Assembly: GCA_038858525.1 (NCBI GenBank)
Contig: JAWCFL010000059.1
Span: 1-6,742 of the forward strand
Direction of reading: 5' to 3'
DNA length: 6,742 nt
Source: Candidatus Jordarchaeales archaeon
GTDB taxonomy: Archaea > Asgardarchaeota > Jordiarchaeia > Jordiarchaeales > Freyrarchaeaceae
Shown here piece by piece: positions 1-5,359 of the stretch (position 1 is its first letter; each line of letters opens with the position of its first letter). Under the pieces are notes generated by a model, which had not been told where the DNA came from, did not search any database, and saw only the letters and a program-made list of their open reading frames with translations. Both the position numbers and the translations under genes were made by a program.

Positions 1-54
1 TGTGTAAGCATTGCCAAGAAGAACACTAAACTCGGAGCCACTCTAAAAGCGTTT

Positions 55-114
55 TCCTCCTCATTGCGGTTGGTCTTGCAACCCTATTCCTTGCGCGGAT
101 GAGGAGGATTTTTT
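55..114. terminator. Stem-loop with T-tract just beyond the MFS 3' end; probable terminator or small structured RNA
   Basis: Perfect 10-bp inverted repeat TCCTCCTCAT (55-64) / ATGAGGAGGA (99-108) encloses an inner hairpin GGTTG-gtcttg-CAACC (68-83) and is followed by T6 (109-114). It lies next to the MFS stop codon (116). Confidence 0.55.
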
Positions 115-115
115 A

Positions 116-1297
116 TTAACTTCGCGTGTTTAGGTTTTTTAGTTTACGTCTAGCTTTTTCTAGTAGGGGGATGCTGGCTAGGGTGAGGAGGGCTGCTATG
201 ATGAACAGTGTTGGATAGCCGAGGTTTTCAGCTATGACGCCGCTTAGGGCTGACCCAACTATTGAGGAGAGGAAGATCGCCGAGTTGTAAACGCCCATGA
301 TCTTTCCTTTCCTTTCTTGGTCTAGCTTCATGGCTGCGGCTGGGCCTGCTACGTTTAGTATGGCCCATGTGAACCCTGCGAAAGACATTGCTGCTACAAT
401 TACTAGGATTCCAATTTTTCCCTTGAGAAGTAGTGATGAGAGGGCGAATGCTACCATTATTAGCGCTCTTCCCGCTGAAGCAAATGACTGTGCATGAACG
501 TCGTCACCCTTAGAGACCCTTTCAACTCGGGGATAAGTTAAGACTGAAATTGTCGTGCTCGAAACATAGGCAAGGAATACTTCGGCGTTTGTACCATCCA
601 TTTTCACAATAAAGGACGGGAGGAGAGAGTACCCGAGTGATGTAGACATGAACATCAGAAATGCTGAAGTAATATAAAGGGCGATTAAAACGTTAGTTCG
701 CGCCTCATTTTCCGCGTGATTCTTAACTTGTTTCGCACGGCGCCATCCTGCTGGTTGCTGTTTAACCGGTTGCTGTTTAAGTATGGTGAAAGCATATGTG
801 AAGCTTATCGCTGCCAATCCTGCCGATACCATGAAAAGCTCTTTTCCTCTTGAAAAAATGGACCATAGTGCCCCCATTATTAGGCCTGCAAGCCAGCCGG
901 AGTCACTAACCCTGTTAAACAGGCTTATCTCTTTGTCCCATAAAGAGTCCTCATTTGCCTCAGCTATGAGCAAAACCGCTGTTAAAGCACAGATCGCTGT
1001 TGCGAATCCTGCGATGGCACTAGCAAGGAAAACGTGAGTTACACTGGAAGCAGAATAAAAAACAATGCTAGCCAGTGTGATCCCCAGGAAGCCTCCAAGA
1101 ACATAGCTCCTCAAAACCTTTGGGTTAGAGAGGCGACCGGAGACTACAGATGTCAGGGCGGCTGCTAAGTTAAAAATGGAGACAGCTACCCCTGCCTCTA
1201 CGAGTCCTCCACCAAGCCTATTTACGTAGAGAGGTATTAGTGGAATAGTGGCTGCGCTAGCTACTCTAAAAGGAAAGTAAGCCTTGTACCACTTCAC
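116..1297 (-). CDS. Major facilitator superfamily (MFS) transporter, substrate unknown
   Basis: 393-aa ORF (GTG start) with about 12 hydrophobic segments in two halves around a polar central loop. It has MFS-like LPLYVxxLGG..AG and GxIMGVYNxxxxxxSIVGSALSG patterns. Motif A is degenerate (SGRLSNPKVLR). Confidence 0.9.
   Translation of the reverse strand: MKWYKAYFPFRVASAATIPLIPLYVNRLGGGLVEAGVAVSIFNLAAALTSVVSGRLSNPKVLRSYVLGGFLGITLASIVFYSASSVTHVFLASAIAGFATAICALTAVLLIAEANEDSLWDKEISLFNRVSDSGWLAGLIMGALWSIFSRGKELFMVSAGLAAISFTYAFTILKQQPVKQQPAGWRRAKQVKNHAENEARTNVLIALYITSAFLMFMSTSLGYSLLPSFIVKMDGTNAEVFLAYVSSTTISVLTYPRVERVSKGDDVHAQSFASAGRALIMVAFALSSLLLKGKIGILVIVAAMSFAGFTWAILNVAGPAAAMKLDQERKGKIMGVYNSAIFLSSIVGSALSGVIAENLGYPTLFIIAALLTLASIPLLEKARRKLKNLNTRS
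753..780. repeat. In-frame 15-bp-period tandem duplication inside the MFS gene
   Basis: GGTTGCTGTTTAA occurs at 753-765 and 768-780 and encodes LKQQP-VKQQP in the central loop. Confidence 0.8.
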
Positions 1298-1345
1298 GCT
1301 CTATGCCATCTTCCTTTTTTAGTTCTCTACTAGAAAGAGAGGCAC

Positions 1346-1353
1346 TATTTAAA
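1346..1353 (-). promoter_or_regulatory. Archaeal TATA box candidate for the MFS gene
   Basis: The minus strand reads TTTAAATA, about 50 nt upstream of the GTG at 1297 and about 37 nt upstream of an ATG at 1309. This matches the archaeal TATA consensus. Confidence 0.5.
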
Positions 1354-1805
1354 GTTAACTCAGCATGCAACTTAAATTTTATCACATACATTAACCTTTC
1401 CTTAATGACCTCAAAGAACTTCAATCAAAAAATCACTGGTTAATGAAAAGGATGGCAGAAGTATAACTTAGAAGAAAAAGCTACTCAAGGGTACGGAAAC
1501 GTAAGTTGCGAGTGAAATGCCTTGTCGACATAATATGGGAATTTGAGTTCAGGAACCTTATTCGGAAAGACGAGAAAGCCTAATTGTCGGGTATCAGAAG
1601 GGGAAAGCAAAGATACTCATAGCTGGAAATAGAAGCTCTCAACTTTTATTGGCACTTCTCATTTTTCTCTCAGACGTTCGATCCCCCCTACGTTTCCTCT
1701 CAAATGTGCTTCCGGGGGGTGATGGTGGAATTCAATTGACGAAATTAAGTTAAATGCGAAACCGACATAACCTTCTAGAGCCATTTGCATTAGTTAGGGA
1801 TTGAG

Positions 1806-2238
1806 ATGAGGCCGGAGGTTGAAGAATGGCTCTATGAGGCTTGCGTGGACTTGGAGGAGGCGTTAGAAGCCCTTAATGGGGGAGGCATAACTGGGCGTGC
1901 TTCGCCGCGCAGCAGGCTGCGGAGAAGGCTTTGAAAGCTGCTTACATAGCTGTTAAGCGGAGGCGTTTCCCGAAAACCCATGACCTTCTAGAGTTATGCT
2001 CTAAACTATCAGGGGGGAGATAAAAGTCGACACAGAGAAGCTTGGCCTCCTTTCGTCGTTCTATGATGTTGCGGGGTATCCGAATGCTGGAATGCGGAAG
2101 CCGTCAAAATCAATATCGCGGAAGGTTGCCGAGGAAATGGTTGAGATAGCGAAAAGCATACTTAAGGAGGTCGGTGATAAAATTGGGCTTAAAATGCGAT
2201 TCCTGAGGGCGTTAAGAGGAAGCTTAGACGCGTCGTGA
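1806..2238 (+). pseudogene. HEPN domain protein (COG2250/PF05168-like, MNT-associated), frameshifted twice
   Basis: Manual translation from ATG 1806 gives MRPEVEEWLYEACVDLEEALEALNG. After a -1 shift at G5 (1878-1882) it reads HNWACFAAQQAAEKALKAAYIAVKRRRFPKTHDLLELCSKLSG. After a second -1 shift at G6 (2012-2017) it reads EIKVDTEKLGLLSSFYDVAGYPNAGMRKPSKSISRKVAEEMVEIAKSILKEVGDKIG. AQQAAEKALKA and PKTHDL are family hallmarks, and the usual RYP reads GYP. The 3' end is either 2238 as sequenced or about 2206 if A4 at 2191-2194 carries an extra base. Confidence 0.88.
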
Positions 2239-2523
2239 AGGTGTTAAAGGAAATGTTTAGTGACTCGGAAATATTCCTGTTTGGGAGCTTTGCGAGAGGA
2301 GATTGGCTAGAGGACGGTGACGTAGAAATCCTAGTCATCTCGGACGAGTTTGAAGGCATAGAATATGTAAGGAGAGCAGCATCGCTGAAAATCGCTCTCT
2401 GGGAAAGAGGGGTAATAGGTGTGCAGATTATACCCCTCACAAGAAGAGAATTCGAGGAGATAAAAGAGAACTAGCGCAGCAATCGAGGATGCAATAGAAT
2501 ACGCTGTAAAACTAGACGAGTAG
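2235..2523 (+). pseudogene. Minimal nucleotidyltransferase (MNT, Pol beta superfamily), degenerate and frameshifted
   Basis: ORF 2235-2474 contains IFLFGSFARGDWLEDGDVEILVISD, versus canonical GSxARGxxxxxSDxD. The +1 frame continues TSAAIEDAIEYAVKLDE* to TAG 2521-2523, which resembles an MNT C-terminal helix. The frame is open upstream to 2193 (NAIPEGVKRKLRRV), so the true start may be earlier. It lies directly downstream of the HEPN gene. Confidence 0.82.
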
Positions 2524-2804
2524 TCCTAGCATCTCCTCATAGTACAGCAACAAATCCCTCTGCTAACCTGTTTTATTCAGCTCAGCTAGTCAAATATTCC
2601 TTAGAGAATATCATGCATGGCCCCAAAACTCACTCGGTGGTTGGCATCACCTTCCTTAAGAGGCTGAGGAGAAGAGGGGAAACGATACGCTGGGCATGTT
2701 AAAAATGCACTACTTTGAGGCAAATGTTGTTGCAAGAAGAAGCATACTGGGATTTCAGGACAGGAAAAAGGGTGTTTCATAAATCAGTATTGATGTTCCA
2801 CAAC

Positions 2805-2841
2805 AATTTAAAAATTTATAAAAACAGATATTTAAAAACAG
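2805..2841 (+). promoter_or_regulatory. AT-rich promoter region with repeated TATA-like boxes upstream of the CPBP gene
   Basis: AATTTAAAAA (2805-2814), TTTATAAAAACAG (2815-2827) and TATTTAAAAACAG (2829-2841) lie 30-65 nt upstream of ATG 2872. Confidence 0.5.
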
Positions 2842-2871
2842 GTTATTTCCTGCATTGTAGGGGGTTTTCGA

Positions 2872-3621
2872 ATGGTTAGTTGGCGATCGACGGTTATGCT
2901 GCTGTTTTTACCAGCAGTAGCGAATCTTTTTAGTTACACCGCGTTGCTCTCCCTTGCTACTATGCCGTGGGTTCACATGCAATATTTGGTTGCCGTGATT
3001 TATGGGCAAAAGTATCCGCTACTCGGCTTCAGCCTCATCTTTTTTGCGTACTTCTTGACTTACATTCAAGTGAACTACCTGATTCCAGTGTACGTGCCGT
3101 TTCTTCATGCTGCCTTCTTCTACTTGACGCTTCGCGTAGCCTCAAAGTTCGGGCTTAGCCTAAAGGGGCTGGTTGCTTATAGGCGGGAAATGGTTTTAAG
3201 CGATTTGGTTGTGGCTGCTCTTTTGGTCGTCGTCATGACACCAATCATGTATCTCCTCTTCAAGTTCTTTTATAATGCAGCATATGGTTCTGTATCAACA
3301 TTTCTTTATTATTCTATAAGGCCGCCGTGGCATGTTGCGGCGCTTGTAGTTTTCTCCTTCACAGCTGGCTTCGCGGAGGAGTTTATCTGGCGTGGATACG
3401 GCGTGACGGCTGTGGAGTCACTTGCGCGGTCACGAAGAACACTTAAAGCTGTAGTTGTAACTAGCTTGGCTTTTGCTGTGTGGCACGTTAACCTGTTTCA
3501 CATTATCCCAACCATGGTTTTCGGTCTGGTTTACGCTTATGTTTACGTGAAAAGGAGAACGCTGGTCCCACTGATAATGTCTCATACAGCATTTAACCTG
3601 CTTTCCATAGTTCTCCTATAA
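2872..3621 (+). CDS. CPBP family intramembrane glutamic endopeptidase (type II CAAX protease/Abi, Rce1-like)
   Basis: 249-aa highly hydrophobic ORF with all three CPBP motifs intact: EExxxR (EEFIWRG), FxxxH (FAVWH) and HxxxN (HTAFN). Confidence 0.92.
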   Translation: MVSWRSTVMLLFLPAVANLFSYTALLSLATMPWVHMQYLVAVIYGQKYPLLGFSLIFFAYFLTYIQVNYLIPVYVPFLHAAFFYLTLRVASKFGLSLKGLVAYRREMVLSDLVVAALLVVVMTPIMYLLFKFFYNAAYGSVSTFLYYSIRPPWHVAALVVFSFTAGFAEEFIWRGYGVTAVESLARSRRTLKAVVVTSLAFAVWHVNLFHIIPTMVFGLVYAYVYVKRRTLVPLIMSHTAFNLLSIVLL

Positions 3622-3748
3622 TCTCTCACTAGAGACCTGGCCTCCTTCACCTTGAGGAGCTTAATACTTGGCCTTGAATATCGAAGCTTCATCGCTTCTA
3701 GCAATGCTTAAATTTCGTTGTTCTTGATGTTGCCAAGGTGAGCGAGGC

Positions 3749-4528
3749 TTGCACGATGTGGACTTATCCTTCCTGGATCTTCCAGAGGTCTTGAGGTTTG
3801 TCTTTTATCCTAGGAGGGATTTTTCGGCTGGAGCTGGGTTTACCTGTTTCGTTGAGGTTGGTGGTGGGGTGCGTTTGGGGTGCAAGTTCTACGCTTGCGG
3901 TGGGGAGCGTCCTGCGATCCTATATTTTCACGGAAATGGTGAGACTGCTGGAGACTACGACGAGTTCTCGTGGCTCTTCACGGATAGAGGCATCAACCTT
4001 TTCGTTGCTGAGTACAGGGGGTACGGGCTAAGCGAGGGAAGCCCCACAATAACGAGCCTGCTGCGCGACGCCCACCCCGTTTTCAGGAAGTTTAAGGACG
4101 TAGCCTCCGAGGAGGGCTGGGAAAATTTGTTCGTTATGGGTCGCTCGCTCGGAAGCATCCCGGCAGTTGAGCTGGCATACCACTACCAAGACGAAATTGA
4201 CGGATTAATAGTTGAGAGCGGGATAGCGAACACCTTCACTCTGTTCCTAGACCTCTTTGGTGTTAGAGTTGGCGGTGAGCTGAGGGAAAAGCTTGAAGCC
4301 GTTTCAAACAAGGCGAAAATAAAGGACGTTAGGATTCCGACGCTGATAATACACGCTGAAAACGACACCCTTATACCCGTAAGCGAAGCAGTTGAACTCT
4401 ATGAGAGCTCCGGTGCAGACGACAAGGAGATCTTCATTATACCGGGAGCAGACCACAACGACTTATGGTTCGTTGCAGGCGAGAAGTACTACGAGAAAAT
4501 AAAAAGCTTCATCGAGAGGCGCCTTTAA
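3749..4528 (+). CDS. Alpha/beta-fold serine hydrolase (ABHD12/13/17-BEM46-like)
   Basis: 259 aa with ILYFHGNGE (oxyanion region), AEYRGYGLSEGSP, nucleophile elbow GRSLG, acid in IIHAENDTLIP and catalytic His in GADHND. TTG start preceded by GGTGA; GTG at 3758 is an alternative start. Confidence 0.92.
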   Translation: MHDVDLSFLDLPEVLRFVFYPRRDFSAGAGFTCFVEVGGGVRLGCKFYACGGERPAILYFHGNGETAGDYDEFSWLFTDRGINLFVAEYRGYGLSEGSPTITSLLRDAHPVFRKFKDVASEEGWENLFVMGRSLGSIPAVELAYHYQDEIDGLIVESGIANTFTLFLDLFGVRVGGELREKLEAVSNKAKIKDVRIPTLIIHAENDTLIPVSEAVELYESSGADDKEIFIIPGADHNDLWFVAGEKYYEKIKSFIERRL

Positions 4529-4548
4529 TAGTCACGTTTCTAACATCT

Positions 4549-4564
4549 CGGCGGCTATTCGCCG
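4549..4564 (+). terminator. Short GC-rich hairpin after the hydrolase stop codon
   Basis: CGGCG-gctatt-CGCCG, extendable by AACA/TGTT across a bulge, about 20 nt after the stop at 4528. Confidence 0.3.
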
Positions 4565-4709
4565 TGTTGAGCCTGCTTAAACGCTTAAAAATAAACTTTC
4601 TTCAGCAGTCCGCTTCCGGCTCCTGAGCAGGGAATTGATAGGCATCGCGATTTTTTTAAGTGAACTATACTGGAAATTAAATTGCGGGCGTGAGTCATAT
4701 GCTGTCAAA

Positions 4710-4721
4710 CTAATTAATTAG
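4710..4721. promoter_or_regulatory. Perfect 12-bp palindrome upstream of the HNH gene; promoter or operator candidate
   Basis: CTAATTAATTAG is self-complementary and ends 12 nt before ATG 4734. Confidence 0.35.
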
Positions 4722-4733
4722 GATGGGGGGATA

Positions 4734-5258
4734 ATGGCGTCGCGGGAGCTTAAACTTAAAATCGAACTTGTGCCTGCCCCGCTCTGGTATTCGTCTATAT
4801 ATAACATTTACAGGAAGGCTGGGATGCTGGATGAGTGGCGAAGGATTAAGGATGAGCTTTTCAGGAGAGAGGGGAAGAAGTGCTGGATTTGCGGTAGGGA
4901 GGGGGAACGTCTGGAGGCACACGAGTTTTGGGAGTATGACGATGAAAGGCATGTTCAGAGGCTCGTTGCGATACACCATATTTGTGACCTTTGCCACAAG
5001 GTAAAGCACATAGGATTCTGGTGTTACACGAAGGATGGAAAGGAGAAACTGGCGAAGCGGGGACTAAGGGAGGAGCAGTTGATCGATCACTTTTGCAGGG
5101 TTAACGGCTGCTCAAGAGAGGACTTCAAAAGACATATTGAGGAATCTTTTAGAGTCTGGATAGAGAGAAGTAGGCACCGATGGACGCAAGACCTTGGAGA
5201 GTATGACCCTAACAAAAAGCGGAAAAGCGAGGAATCAAAAGGGAGAGAGGCAGTCTAG
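4734..5258 (+). CDS. Stand-alone HNH-type (beta-beta-alpha-Me) endonuclease with Cys4 zinc site
   Basis: 174 aa with KIELVPxxLW at the N-terminus, CWIC, LEAHExWxYDD and ICDLCHKVKH, i.e. the CxxC...H...CxxCH...H layout of HNH nucleases. ATG is preceded by GGATGGGGGG. Family assignment is from motif recognition, not a database search. Confidence 0.8.
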   Translation: MASRELKLKIELVPAPLWYSSIYNIYRKAGMLDEWRRIKDELFRREGKKCWICGREGERLEAHEFWEYDDERHVQRLVAIHHICDLCHKVKHIGFWCYTKDGKEKLAKRGLREEQLIDHFCRVNGCSREDFKRHIEESFRVWIERSRHRWTQDLGEYDPNKKRKSEESKGREAV

Positions 5259-5359
5259 GGATATTCGAGAGGCGAGTTATCTATTCTTTCCTGTTTATGT
5301 CTGCCGATGGGTTGTTCAGGAGAACGCGTTCATGATGAACTTTTGGGTTTAGGCGTCCT

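Noticed and set aside
3-29. Plus-strand CKHCQEEH* could be the end of an upstream Zn-binding gene
   Set aside because: Only 8 codons are visible, too few to call.
68-90. TTGCAA loop resembling a tRNA-Cys/Ala anticodon arm
   Set aside because: There is no properly paired anticodon stem, D-arm or T-arm on either strand.
297-1037. Plus-strand ORFs 297-497 and 783-1037
   Set aside because: They are antisense shadows of the MFS gene with no recognisable motifs.
1674-1690. GTTCGATCC resembling a tRNA T-loop or integration-site remnant
   Set aside because: The flanks do not form a T-stem, and there is no acceptor stem or CCA.
2189-2440. 83-aa minus-strand ORF
   Set aside because: It is antisense to the MNT gene, which carries clear family motifs.
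2613-2782. Two short plus-strand ORFs of about 28-29 codons (MHGPKTH..., MLKMHYF...)
   Set aside because: They show no motif or convincing RBS and are of a length expected by chance.
3622-3658. Small hairpins TCTCT-cact-AGAGA and CTCCT-N8-AGGAG; the first resembles 1324-1340
   Set aside because: The 5-bp stems are expected by chance and the similarity is too short to call a shared motif.
2967-4368. Alternative-frame and antisense ORFs 2967-3158, 3798-4031, 3955-4158 and 4183-4368
   Set aside because: They are nested in well-supported CPBP and hydrolase genes and show no independent evidence.
4710-5009. ORFs 4710-5009 (-) and 4768-5004 (+)
   Set aside because: They overlap the HNH gene in other frames and have no motifs.
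4734-5258. IscB/Cas9-like or group I intron-encoded identity for the HNH protein
   Set aside because: It has no PLMP, RuvC or bridge-helix motifs, is too short, interrupts no host gene, and has no repeat-spacer array nearby.
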